Shown piece after piece: positions 1 through 9,486 of a DNA stretch of 64,000 nucleotides. Under the pieces are notes generated by a model. The model did not search any database. It worked only from the letters and a program-made list of their open reading frames with translations, and had not been told where the DNA came from. The stretch comes from Candidatus Calescibacterium sp. (GTDB taxonomy: Bacteria > Calescibacteriota > Calescibacteriia > Calescibacteriales > Calescibacteriaceae), in NCBI GenBank assembly GCA_032249135.1, contig JAVVGL010000004.1:32001-96000 (forward strand), read 5' to 3'. A program made the translations under genes and the position numbers. The number at the start of each line of letters is the position of its first letter. Within the stretch, counting starts at the first letter, position 1.

Positions 1-950
1 TCATAAAAGTATCTTCTGAAAAATGAGGATAAAACACTGAGCTGATAATCAAAATTCAAGTTTGGTAATTTTCCAGAAATAACTCCATTTTTCTCATATA
101 ATTTATACACAACTTTCCAGAGCGCCAAAACTGCATCCGCAAAGTTTTTCTCTTCAAGCTCAATTATGAAAATGTCAAAAGATTTTTTAGATGAAAAATT
201 GTAAAGAGCTTTTTTTGGAGGTAGCTCGTAAAATGAGTCAGTAGAAAATTTTCTCCTGTAAAATACTGGATACTCTTCAAAAGGGAAAGTGAAAATTATT
301 TTTTGAGAATCATAATCAAAGCCAATTCCAAAAATATCTGTATCTACCAGAATTTCCTGGGATTCCGAATCTATTTGATTTTGTTCTGTAAAATCATATT
401 GAGCAGGAAGTTTCAGGAGAGCTACCAATTTTTGTTTCTTCTCATCGTATGCAACTGATATAGGAACTGGTAATCTATCTTCCCTGAAAATCCATTTTTT
501 TGACTTCAAAAGAGAATAAACTTTATTTTGAGAAAAATTGTTTCCTTTTATAAAAACTCCTGGAACAAAGAAGGTTGTAGAATCAGGAGAAAAAGCAGTA
601 TCAAATTCAATCTTGATGCGAGATTTCGTATTTTTTATGGGGTCAACCTCTATTCTGGCATGATATAAATTCAGTTTCCCAACTTTCAAACCCAAATCTT
701 GAACATCTTTTTGTTCCAAAGTTATTTTATATGAAAAGTTAAACTGTGTCTCCTTTTCAAATGATATGCTTATTTTTCTCAAAGTTTCAACTTGTTCCTT
801 TATTCTTTTGCACCCGGAGGAGAAAACGGAAAAAAGCAAAACTAAAAAGAAAATTAGAACTGGCAGTAAATATATGAGAGCAAAACTAAAAAGGCTTACG
901 CTTACATTTTTCTTTTCTCCTCCACAGACCCTCCTTGAACAATAGCTCAT
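1..950 (-). CDS. Hypothetical lipoprotein, 3' end runs off the window
   Basis: Not in the ORF track. Manual translation from ATG 950 gives MSYCSRRVCGGEKKNVSVSLFSFALIYLLPVLIFFLVLLFSVFSSGCKRIKEQ..., open to position 1, with a hydrophobic signal and lipobox-like SSGC. Confidence 0.7.
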   Translation of the reverse strand, partial: MSYCSRRVCGGEKKNVSVSLFSFALIYLLPVLIFFLVLLFSVFSSGCKRIKEQVETLRKISISFEKETQFNFSYKITLEQKDVQDLGLKVGKLNLYHARIEVDPIKNTKSRIKIEFDTAFSPDSTTFFVPGVFIKGNNFSQNKVYSLLKSKKWIFREDRLPVPISVAYDEKKQKLVALLKLPAQYDFTEQNQIDSESQEILVDTDIFGIGFDYDSQKIIFTFPFEEYPVFYRRKFSTDSFYELPPKKALYNFSSKKSFDIFIIELEEKNFADAVLALWKVVYKLYEKNGVISGKLPNLNFDYQLSVLSSFFRRYFY

Positions 951-1030
951 AAAATAAAAAGTAAGGAAACACTATAAGAAACTTCTATTTATGAAATTTT
1001 GAAAATTCATGAAGTTCAGAGTATATGATT

Positions 1031-1085
1031 AAGGAAAGTTTTTCTTATATCAACTTGTATTGGCATGGGTTTAACCTTTATCTCA
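1031..1085 (-). repeat. 55-bp diverged copy of 1356-1410 (internal Rpn segment EIKVKPMPIQVDIRKTFL)
   Basis: Direct alignment gives 50/55 identical, and all 5 differences are synonymous third-codon changes. Confidence 0.9.
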
Positions 1086-1987
1086 TTTATGGTTTCTGAA
1101 AACCTTGATAAAATCGTCCCAGGTTTTTACATCTATTATTTTTCTCTTTATTTTTTTGAGGCGATTTAAATCATTTACTTTTTCTAAAAGAGTTTTTGCC
1201 TCTTTTATCTTTGATTTACCAAATTTAAGTTGAACACCCAGTAAAATTGCCTCTTTCAAGCCCTCCTGTTTTCCTTTTTTAATTCCTCTCTCCTCCCCCT
1301 CCTTCAATCCTTCCCGTTTTCCCTCCTTCAATCCTTCCTCTTTCCCCCACTTATAAAGAAAGGTTTTTCTTATATCAACCTGTATTGGCATGGGTTTTAC
1401 CTTTATTTCAATATCAAATAATCCTGCTAAAAAACTTATGCTATCTATATATTTTATGATTTCTTCTTCGTTTTTCAAAATTTCTACAATTCTTTTTTTG
1501 ACCTTTCTTATTATCTTGGGTTTATCTTTGAATTTCCCAGCCAAAATTCCCAAAATAACTTCTGCGGGTTTTTCGCTTTTTATAAAAACATCAGGATCTA
1601 TTTTCTTCATATCAAGTTAGCTTTGGGGTTTTGTACTCTGATGGAGGAGGATTTCCTTTACCAACGAATAAAACAATTTGCGTAGGTTCTTTTTTGTATT
1701 TTTCTACTATCGCGTAGTAGTAGCGAAACATCCTGCGTGGCAAATTTTTATCTTGTTGAGCTTGGATTTCAACTTGGATTATTTTACCATCAGCTTCAAC
1801 TAAAATGTCAGGACGAAAAGTTTTTACCAAACTTATCTCTGCCGATATAACTTTTACTTTTTTACCTATTTTCCTACCAATAGCTAAGTAATAAATTTTT
1901 TCTATTGCTTCTGAGAAAATCTCTTTTAAAATTGGGTCAAACCTTTTTAGCTCCTTTTTTATATCTTTCCTTTTCCTTTTCTTCCAT
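1083..1987 (-). pseudogene. Rpn/YhgA-like PD-(D/E)XK nuclease (recombination-promoting nuclease family), disrupted
   Basis: ATG 1987 gives MEEKEKERYKKGAKK, then a frameshift near 1942 into FDPILKEIF...RPDILVEADGKIIQVEIQ...RMFRYY (nuclease motif). A stop/deletion lies at ~1611. ORF 1083-1610 has the typical EGLKEGKREG repeats and a helical C-terminus. Confidence 0.75.
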
Positions 1988-2260
1988 TTTCCTTCTTTTT
2001 ATTTTCTTTTTTTCTCTTTTTGTTTTCTTCCTATCTTCCTATTTTTTTATTTTTCATACTAACTTGCTTTCTCATTTCTGTTTTAAATTAGAATTTTACT
2101 TATTTGCAGACCAGATTAAAGAGAATTCCGGCTATATCCTATTTAGGAGAGATTTGCTTGTACGGAAGGTTGATAGATTAACCATATTTGACTAAATATT
2201 TATCCTCTCGTAATTAACTGATCTTGTAATTGGCTGTTCTTTCAAAAAAATAAAAAATTT

Positions 2261-3595
2261 TCAGAAGTAGAGTCGCAAAGAGAACTCAACTGAATATATA
2301 AATTGTCTTAAATTTGCTGATGCTGGATTTATCTTATTTACAAAAGCTGCCGCCGCTCTGCCGGGAATAAAAAATATGTTAGCAAAGTCAAACCTTAAAT
2401 TATCTGCAATAGCGTATCTGAAAACCCCATCTATTTCGGCACCAATAAAATTTGATTTCAAAGAATTCTCACCAGAAAGAGTCAATCCTACACCACCTAT
2501 TGGAATAAAAGAAAGATGGGAAAAAAGAGAAAATTCACCCCAGACATCAAAAACAAAAAATCCAGGTCTCATAAGCCTAAATTGAGAAAATTTTTCTCCC
2601 ATATTAAGATCAAGATTATCTGATTTGAATATTATCTCGTCCTCCGTAAGGAGCAATGTTCGGCTCATTGATTTTCCCGAATAAATAAACCCGAAGTTCT
2701 GTCCCTCCCTGTAAGTGGGATTATCTGGACTTAAAACCATAATATCTGAACCGAATTTTATTTCACCCTTTTTTATAATTGAAGCCTGCAAAGCTCCTGC
2801 AAGATGATTTTCGTTCTTCAAATCAAAAGCCGATTTCGTAAATACCCCCGATTGACCGGCAACACCACCTATGAAAGAAAAATCATCAGTCTCATACCTA
2901 TAACCTAAAATCAAAGTAGAAACAAAAGAAAATTTTCTTATAATTGAATTATCAATTAAGTTGTAAATTCCCCCGAAAAACCCTTCACCAACAAATGGAA
3001 TTCCGTCTTTTGGTACAAATCCACCGGAAGCATACGCAATTGAGAAAACAAATGTATCATTCACAAAGTTGTTTGAGAAAAGCTCAATTCCTTCATAGGT
3101 TTGCTCAGGAACCTGCCCCAAAAATATCTGGAAATTTTTTGATTCAAACCTTGCTCCTCCTATCCAGTTCCTCAAAAATATTTCAAGTGGATCCGCAAAG
3201 TATTGGTATCCAACTTTAACTCTGCTTTCTCCTATTTTTACATCAGAGTAAATTTGCCTTGCAAAAATGAAAAGTTGTCTCCCTACTCCTGCATCAGGTC
3301 TTGCAAAAGTAAAGTTTCTGCTCCACAAATTGAACCCCCACAGAGTTTCAATTGCAAATTTATTTTCTCCTATGAAGAAAGATATCTTTGGTTCAGCGTA
3401 TGTTCCAAGAACGCCGGCAGTTTGTCCCCATGGTTCATAAAAAGCGGGAGATTTATCAAAATCGCTATCTGTTTTGAAAATAAAGAAGTTCTGAAAATAC
3501 CCTGAAAAATCAACTTTTTTCTCATTTCCACCATCCTCAGCCCACGCCTCTCCAAAAAACAAAAACAAAAAAACAAAAAATACAACAAAAAACAT
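2261..3595 (-). CDS. Outer-membrane beta-barrel protein (alginate-export-like porin)
   Basis: Signal peptide (AWA|EDG), amphipathic beta strands, IGAEIDGVFRY motif, C-terminal RLYF. Confidence 0.6.
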   Translation of the reverse strand: MFFVVFFVFLFLFFGEAWAEDGGNEKKVDFSGYFQNFFIFKTDSDFDKSPAFYEPWGQTAGVLGTYAEPKISFFIGENKFAIETLWGFNLWSRNFTFARPDAGVGRQLFIFARQIYSDVKIGESRVKVGYQYFADPLEIFLRNWIGGARFESKNFQIFLGQVPEQTYEGIELFSNNFVNDTFVFSIAYASGGFVPKDGIPFVGEGFFGGIYNLIDNSIIRKFSFVSTLILGYRYETDDFSFIGGVAGQSGVFTKSAFDLKNENHLAGALQASIIKKGEIKFGSDIMVLSPDNPTYREGQNFGFIYSGKSMSRTLLLTEDEIIFKSDNLDLNMGEKFSQFRLMRPGFFVFDVWGEFSLFSHLSFIPIGGVGLTLSGENSLKSNFIGAEIDGVFRYAIADNLRFDFANIFFIPGRAAAAFVNKINPASANLRQFIYSVEFSLRLYF

Positions 3596-3601
3596 ATCTT
3601 A

Positions 3602-6304
3602 TCACCTCCTTTTTCTTGAAACTATAACATCTTCTTTTACAAAGTAATCCCAATCATCAGAAATTTTTCCTTCTATTGGTGGTCTTATCACTATCTTGTG
3701 AATAAATCCCGGCTCATCAACTTCGTGATACCAGTACAACCTGAAATTCTTGTGATCATACATAATATAACCATCTGAAACCCACACAAAAAATCCATTT
3801 GGATAATATATGTAATACGGAATAAATATTTCTGTTGGCTCATCTGTTTCTTTACTTTCAAGTTCAAGAGTAAATTCTCCAACAGGATTTGGAATTCCTT
3901 TTTCAGGGTCAAAATAATGTAGCTCTGAGAAAAACTGCAAAGATTTCAGTTTCCCTGCAAGGAAGTTTGGATGAGGTCTTGCATAAGCTTCATACCCTCG
4001 CGGAACAAGATAAGTTCCATCATTAAGCTTGACAATATACGGGTCATCATCACAGCTTCTGGCTTTTTTAGAAACCGGTTTGCATTCCTCTGGCTTTCGT
4101 CTTTCAACAATTGAGAAATTTTCAGCATTCCAACCTTCACCTCTCCAATCATCGTTTTCCCAAGACCAACACCAAATTATTCTACCTATACCTATATCTT
4201 CAAGGGCTTCATATTCGTCGTTTATGATGTATTTTGGTATTATGTAATTTTCTGAACGAGCATTTTCAACTGCTTTCTTCCAAATTGACTCGCCCGAACC
4301 AATATTAGAAGCGGGTTGAGTGCTCAAAGTAAAGTAAGTTCCAAACTCTCCCAAAACAACAGGGATATTTCCCATATTCTTTCTCGCAGAAGAAATATGA
4401 GTCAAGATTGAAGTCAAATACTCTTTCTTTTTTTTCCTTTTTTCTTCAACTTTAAAAACTCTGTAAGGCATATTGAAGCCTGGGAAAGGATAAACATCTG
4501 GATACCAGTGGGGAGCATAAACAACCTGCGGGAGTTCAGGTCTTGAATACGGAACATTATAAACCGTTTCACCTTCTCCACCGCCAGTAATGAAAAGGAG
4601 TAACCATTCAATACCTGCTATCGTTGGTTCAACGAAAATTATAGCGTTCGGGTCATTTTGTAAAATAGCTCGTCCCATCCTCTCGTGGAAAGGCATTATG
4701 TAGTTTCTATCAAAACCATAGTTTAGTCCCAAAATAGCTAAAAGATTTGCTTTATCAAATCCCCACAATTTCATCTCTTGCTCTCTCGTTTCAGGTGTGA
4801 CATCTGGTAAAAGTCCTATACCTATGAGTATATCAACAAGGTCTTCCGCAAATTTTCTATCTGCAAAAATAGTGTCAATTAAATTAATAATTCCTTCTTT
4901 TGAACCTGTCTGAAAGTAAGCGGCGATGATGGTCATCAAAAGGAAAAACCCGCTTGGTTCGTTCATAATATCGTATCCTATGACATTTGGCATATCTGCA
5001 ACAGCTTTCGCAACCTCACCCCACATCCTCCCATAAGCAGATTGCAAATACTCCTGAATATTAACCATCTCATTTCCTTTCTTTACCTTCAAATCAGGAA
5101 ACACATCTTTTCCTGCAAACAAAGCAGCCCAAGCTCTCTGAACATCAAGGGAAAGACCCGCATTCAAACCCCAATTAGTAAAAGGTAACATATCTGTTGT
5201 TTGTTTTATTATATCTTCTCTTGACAGATTATTTATATCTACCCCCGGAATTTCAAGATAGCTTTTTACTTGATCTTTCAGACCAGAAAGAGTATTAGCT
5301 ATATTCTTATCAAATTTTGAAACAACATTTACTATTTTTTGCCAGTTTTCATCTTTTTCTATAAATTTTCTCAACATAAGAGTGATTCTTGGATATCCCC
5401 AGAGTTCTCCGCCGACATTTTCCTTTCTCTCATAAAGTATTTCTTGGACAGCCCATTTTGGCCACATATTACCTCTGACGGCATTATTATAAGGAGTATC
5501 TTCATCTTTACCTTTACATTTATTTTTGCCTTTTTGAGGCAATAAAGCACCAACTAATCCTGCGATATCAAATGATATCGGACTTTGACCTCCGCCACCT
5601 AAACCACCACCTGCAAAAGCGAGAAGGGTTCTCAGAGTTTGAACTATTGGTGATTCTGTATCATTAAAGCGTGCGATGAAAAATCTTGAAAAAATTGCAT
5701 CTGTATGTGAGTCCAAAAGAACATAGATATCGTGCTCCCACGCTTTCTCAACAATCTTTCTTATGTAATCTATGTAGTCATAGTTTATCTCATCTGGAGA
5801 ATTTGGCATAACACCTTCTATTGATATAAGAAGCCTTATTGTATTGAACCCAAGATTTTTTATCTGCCTGAAAAACTCGTCTGCCTTGTCAAGAGGGAAA
5901 GGTTTTCCAACATAATTTGGAGTTCCTTCAACCTTGAATTTGCAAGGGTCTTCATTCACAGGGAATTTATTGCTTCCCGAAACATTTACTCCATGTATGA
6001 AAACATATCTTCCTTTTTCGTCTTTCATATATGGTAGCCAATCTTTGCAGAAATCTTTCCAACCTTCTGTCGGTGGAGGACAATGCGGACGACCATCAGG
6101 TCCTACACAACAGACAGAAACTCTCCTTATATTTTTCCCTTCTTTACTAACGCTTTTCCCTTCCTTATCAACATAATCTTTTTTCCCGCAAAAAACAAAT
6201 CCGAGTAGAACCAAAGAAGTAAAAACCGCAGATAAGCCGATTAAACCTAATTCCTTTCTAATCATATATTTGATAGTAATAGTTCTATTTTCTGTCTTTT
6301 TCAT
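3602..6304 (-). CDS. GH5 glycoside hydrolase, endoglycoceramidase/steryl-glucosidase-like lipoprotein with large insertions
   Basis: HGVNVSG, GFNTIRLL, VLLDSH, GYDIMNEP (acid/base), APHWY, VLGEFG (nucleophile), YARPHP C-terminal domain. N-terminal FVFC lipobox-like motif. Confidence 0.8.
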   Translation of the reverse strand: MKKTENRTITIKYMIRKELGLIGLSAVFTSLVLLGFVFCGKKDYVDKEGKSVSKEGKNIRRVSVCCVGPDGRPHCPPPTEGWKDFCKDWLPYMKDEKGRYVFIHGVNVSGSNKFPVNEDPCKFKVEGTPNYVGKPFPLDKADEFFRQIKNLGFNTIRLLISIEGVMPNSPDEINYDYIDYIRKIVEKAWEHDIYVLLDSHTDAIFSRFFIARFNDTESPIVQTLRTLLAFAGGGLGGGGQSPISFDIAGLVGALLPQKGKNKCKGKDEDTPYNNAVRGNMWPKWAVQEILYERKENVGGELWGYPRITLMLRKFIEKDENWQKIVNVVSKFDKNIANTLSGLKDQVKSYLEIPGVDINNLSREDIIKQTTDMLPFTNWGLNAGLSLDVQRAWAALFAGKDVFPDLKVKKGNEMVNIQEYLQSAYGRMWGEVAKAVADMPNVIGYDIMNEPSGFFLLMTIIAAYFQTGSKEGIINLIDTIFADRKFAEDLVDILIGIGLLPDVTPETREQEMKLWGFDKANLLAILGLNYGFDRNYIMPFHERMGRAILQNDPNAIIFVEPTIAGIEWLLLFITGGGEGETVYNVPYSRPELPQVVYAPHWYPDVYPFPGFNMPYRVFKVEEKRKKKKEYLTSILTHISSARKNMGNIPVVLGEFGTYFTLSTQPASNIGSGESIWKKAVENARSENYIIPKYIINDEYEALEDIGIGRIIWCWSWENDDWRGEGWNAENFSIVERRKPEECKPVSKKARSCDDDPYIVKLNDGTYLVPRGYEAYARPHPNFLAGKLKSLQFFSELHYFDPEKGIPNPVGEFTLELESKETDEPTEIFIPYYIYYPNGFFVWVSDGYIMYDHKNFRLYWYHEVDEPGFIHKIVIRPPIEGKISDDWDYFVKEDVIVSRKRR

Positions 6305-6408
6305 TTGTGTTAAGGTTTATTTTAACAAGTGGAAAATTTTTTTCGCATAAACAGAAAAATTTGATGGTAAATCAAACGAAATTTTGTTGTTAATTTTTTT
6401 GTTAATTT

Positions 6409-7128
6409 TTAGTGTGGGATGAAGTTTATAAGGATGCCTGAAATTAACACTCCTATAAAAAAAAGTATGAAGTCAGATGTGGAGTTAAAAACCGGGATGA
6501 AATCGTGTATAGCGACATAAGTTAGTATCCCAGCAGATACTGGCGCAAAAACAACAGCTATCCCTTCAATACTAATACCCATTATAGCCAAAATAAATCC
6601 AAAAAGATTTGATATAGATATAATTGATATAAATTTCATAGATTTTTTTAGGTTGTGCCCAGAATAAATCAGAGAGAGGATAAATCCATCAAGGAATTTG
6701 TGAACAGCAATCAGCAATATTACTACAAGATAGCTTTTAGATGAAAGTAAAAACCCACCAAGGAAAAATCCATCTATAAGGTAGTGCATCCCAAGTCCAA
6801 CGGATATTTTATAAGAGAATGGTTCATCACATTCCCAACAAGCCAAACTTTCTCTTGATATATGTTCTTTTTTCAAGAAATTTATCTTGTCAAGAAAAAT
6901 AGAAACTATAACTCCGCCGAGGATGAGCGGAGGTATAAGTTCTGAATTTGCGATATGTATTGATTCAGGAAGGACACGCAGAAAAACAGCCGAAAGAATA
7001 ATTCCTGACCCTATGGAGAAAAAGTAGGATTTTCTCATAGACGAGAATTTGAGGAATAAAAAAGACGAGATCAAAGGCAATAAGAATAAAACGGAAATTC
7101 CTCCAAATATTTGTATGAAACTCCACAT
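6409..7128 (-). CDS. ZIP family metal transporter
   Basis: Polytopic, with GIILSAVFLRVLPES, GMHYLIDG, AVHKFLDG and YVAIHDFIP motifs. Confidence 0.8.
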   Translation of the reverse strand: MWSFIQIFGGISVLFLLPLISSFLFLKFSSMRKSYFFSIGSGIILSAVFLRVLPESIHIANSELIPPLILGGVIVSIFLDKINFLKKEHISRESLACWECDEPFSYKISVGLGMHYLIDGFFLGGFLLSSKSYLVVILLIAVHKFLDGFILSLIYSGHNLKKSMKFISIISISNLFGFILAIMGISIEGIAVVFAPVSAGILTYVAIHDFIPVFNSTSDFILFFIGVLISGILINFIPH

Positions 7129-7186
7129 AATAGTAAAATTCTAATCAGCTAACCAAAAAACATTAGAAGATTTTCATATTAATACC

Positions 7187-8056
7187 TTATTTTGTTTCAC
7201 TCCCCATGTGGGCTCCGAGGGGTTCAATATGAATTGAGCAATTCTCAACCTTCACTCCTATTTTCTCCAACTCCAAAGTTATTTTTTCTTCTATTGAGTG
7301 AGCTATCTTATGTGCTTCGGAGATCGGAGTTTGACCATCAACTTGCAAAATTAGCTCTAAACGCAAAGTATTATTTGAAGATAAAGAAGCTTTAATATCT
7401 CGGGTAGAAACACGGCTTTCAGACAAGATACTTTCTATCTTCTGTAAAACATTCCGAGGTGGAGCCCAATCAACTAAGAATTTCTCAGCCCTCCAAATAG
7501 TTAATATACCATTCAAGAGCAAAACAGAAGCAATAAAAAGTGCAAAAGCAGAATTTATGAAACTTATGTAATTTATGGAAACAAATGTTGATATGAAAAC
7601 AAAGAGTGTCTGAATAAGATCTGTTGTCTCGTGTAAAAGTTCAGCTCTTATTGCTTCGGATTTCAGCTTACGAGAAATCAAAAACAAGCTCAAAACCACA
7701 AAAATCATAAGAACAAAAGAAAAAAATGATGTCATCAGAGATGATTTTTGAGGAATCTGATTGAACTTGAAAATTATATATGTTCCACTCACACCGCTTA
7801 TGAATATCTGAAATATTCCTATTATGAGCGAGCCAAAAGAATCATATTTTATGTGTCCCCAGTGATGGGTTATATCTCTGCCGGATCGGGAAAGATTCCA
7901 GAAGAAAATGGATAAAGATAGGGTAAAGATATTTTTGAGTGAATCTACCCCATCGGAAAATAGAGCAAGATTTTTCCCAGTTATTCCCCATATGATTTTA
8001 AGAGCTACTACAAAAGAGTAAAAAACAAGTATGATAAAAAGATAAAACAAATACAT
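7187..8056 (-). CDS. Cation diffusion facilitator (CDF/FieF-like) transporter
   Basis: ALFSDGVDS, HHWGHIKYD, HETTD, and C-terminal dimerisation domain (EAHKIAHSIE...IHIEP). Confidence 0.85.
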   Translation of the reverse strand: MYLFYLFIILVFYSFVVALKIIWGITGKNLALFSDGVDSLKNIFTLSLSIFFWNLSRSGRDITHHWGHIKYDSFGSLIIGIFQIFISGVSGTYIIFKFNQIPQKSSLMTSFFSFVLMIFVVLSLFLISRKLKSEAIRAELLHETTDLIQTLFVFISTFVSINYISFINSAFALFIASVLLLNGILTIWRAEKFLVDWAPPRNVLQKIESILSESRVSTRDIKASLSSNNTLRLELILQVDGQTPISEAHKIAHSIEEKITLELEKIGVKVENCSIHIEPLGAHMGSETK

Positions 8057-8077
8057 AAATCAGAAAATAATAATCAT

Positions 8078-8098
8078 AAAATGCTTTGTCGCAATCAT
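8078..8098 (+). repeat. AAAATGCTTTGTCGCAATCAT, exact inverted copy of 30502-30522 (putative element end)
   Basis: 21/21 reverse-complement identity to 30502-30522; the core GCTTTGYCGCAAT also occurs at 28801-28813. Confidence 0.85.
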
Positions 8099-8158
8099 TG
8101 GCAAGAAAATTGAACGATACATATTAAATCCACAAATTAAAATTAAAATTTTTTAATT

Positions 8159-8575
8159 ATGAAAAAAGGGAATAAGAGGATAGTTCCGAAGACAAAAGAA
8201 GAGGCGATAAGTGAAGCAAAAAGGTTCTTGAGGAACGCAAAGGAAATTTTAGCAAAAACAGAGATAGAGTACGGCAGGATCTATAAAGATCCAAAAGCTA
8301 CACGTGAAGCTGCTGGAATAGCTTATTTGGCAGCATTACTTGCAATAGATGGATACCTTATATCAAAAGGAGTTCCACGGGATAAGCTCCCAACCTCCAT
8401 AGAAGGTTATATGGATGCCGTAAGAAAAATTCCAAAAAATGGAAAACTTATGGCAAACCTCATAACTGCTTATCAGAACTTGCATATTTTAGCTTATTAT
8501 CGTGGCGGAGTAGGTGTTGAGATGATAAAAGAGGGTATCAAAAGTGTTGAAGAAATTATAAAGATTTTGGAGTAA
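8159..8575 (+). CDS. DUF5618-like (HEPN-like) protein
   Basis: EAKRFLRNAKEIL...YKDPK...AAGIAYLAALLAID...YQNLHILAYY pattern. Confidence 0.65.
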   Translation: MKKGNKRIVPKTKEEAISEAKRFLRNAKEILAKTEIEYGRIYKDPKATREAAGIAYLAALLAIDGYLISKGVPRDKLPTSIEGYMDAVRKIPKNGKLMANLITAYQNLHILAYYRGGVGVEMIKEGIKSVEEIIKILE

Positions 8576-8593
8576 AGGAGGTTTTTAGGTTTT

Positions 8594-9397
8594 GTGGGCA
8601 AGTTAATATGTGCAGTTGATATAGGAAATTCAAACATAACCGTAGGAATATATAAAAAAAACCAGAAACCTCAAATAATAAACTCTTTCAGACTTTCATC
8701 TGATATGATGAAAACAGAAGATGAGTATGCAGTTTTGATTTTAGATATTTTGAAACTTTTCCAAATACCAAAAGATGATATAGAAGGCTTTTGTATCTCA
8801 TCAGTTGTCCCTCCTCTTCAGGGAACATTTGAGAACCTTGTAAAAAAGTATTTTTCTCATTCAAAGCTTGTCGTGGTTGGACCGGGCGTGAAAACAGGAA
8901 TCCATGTAATATATAATCCTCCTACTGATGTTGGTGCAGATAGGGTCGCTAATGCTGTTGGAGCCTGGGAAAAATATGCAAAAAACATGAAACCAAAAAA
9001 ACCAATTGTTGTTGTTGATTTTGGAACTGCGATAACTTTTGATTGTATAAGCCAAAAGGGTGAATATATCGGTGGAGCAATATTTCCTGGAATATATCTT
9101 GCGGTTGAGTCGTTATTCAAAAAAACAGCAAAACTCCCCAGCATACTTGTCAAAAAACCTGACGAAGTTATAGGAAAAAGTACATCTCATAGTATCCAAT
9201 CGGGTATTGTTTACGGATACGCCTCTATGGTAGATGGTATGATAGAGAAAATATCACAAGAGATGGGAAATGAAGTTTTTTCAATAGCTACCGGAGGTTA
9301 TTCTCGCCTTATTGCATCTTTATGTAAAAAAATATCTTGCGTTGATGAAACAATAACTCTTGATGGTCTTTTCTTCATATATATGAAGAATGTTTAA
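8594..9397 (+). CDS. coaX: Type III pantothenate kinase
   Basis: DIGNSN, SSVVP, VGADR, VDFGTAITFD, GGAIFPG, ATGG; AGGAGG RBS upstream of GTG. Confidence 0.95.
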   Translation: MGKLICAVDIGNSNITVGIYKKNQKPQIINSFRLSSDMMKTEDEYAVLILDILKLFQIPKDDIEGFCISSVVPPLQGTFENLVKKYFSHSKLVVVGPGVKTGIHVIYNPPTDVGADRVANAVGAWEKYAKNMKPKKPIVVVDFGTAITFDCISQKGEYIGGAIFPGIYLAVESLFKKTAKLPSILVKKPDEVIGKSTSHSIQSGIVYGYASMVDGMIEKISQEMGNEVFSIATGGYSRLIASLCKKISCVDETITLDGLFFIYMKNV

Positions 9398-9486
9398 GTA
9401 TATGAAAAATGTTCATATCCGCACCGATAAAATTTTCACCGTAAATACATTCTGAGTTTTTACCTTCTAACATCCTTGTTTTTTTC

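Noticed and set aside
1905-2195. Phe-rich plus-strand ORF, and similar ones at 58098-58428 and 61194-61478
   Set aside because: Shadow ORFs from T-rich low-complexity DNA or antisense to real genes.
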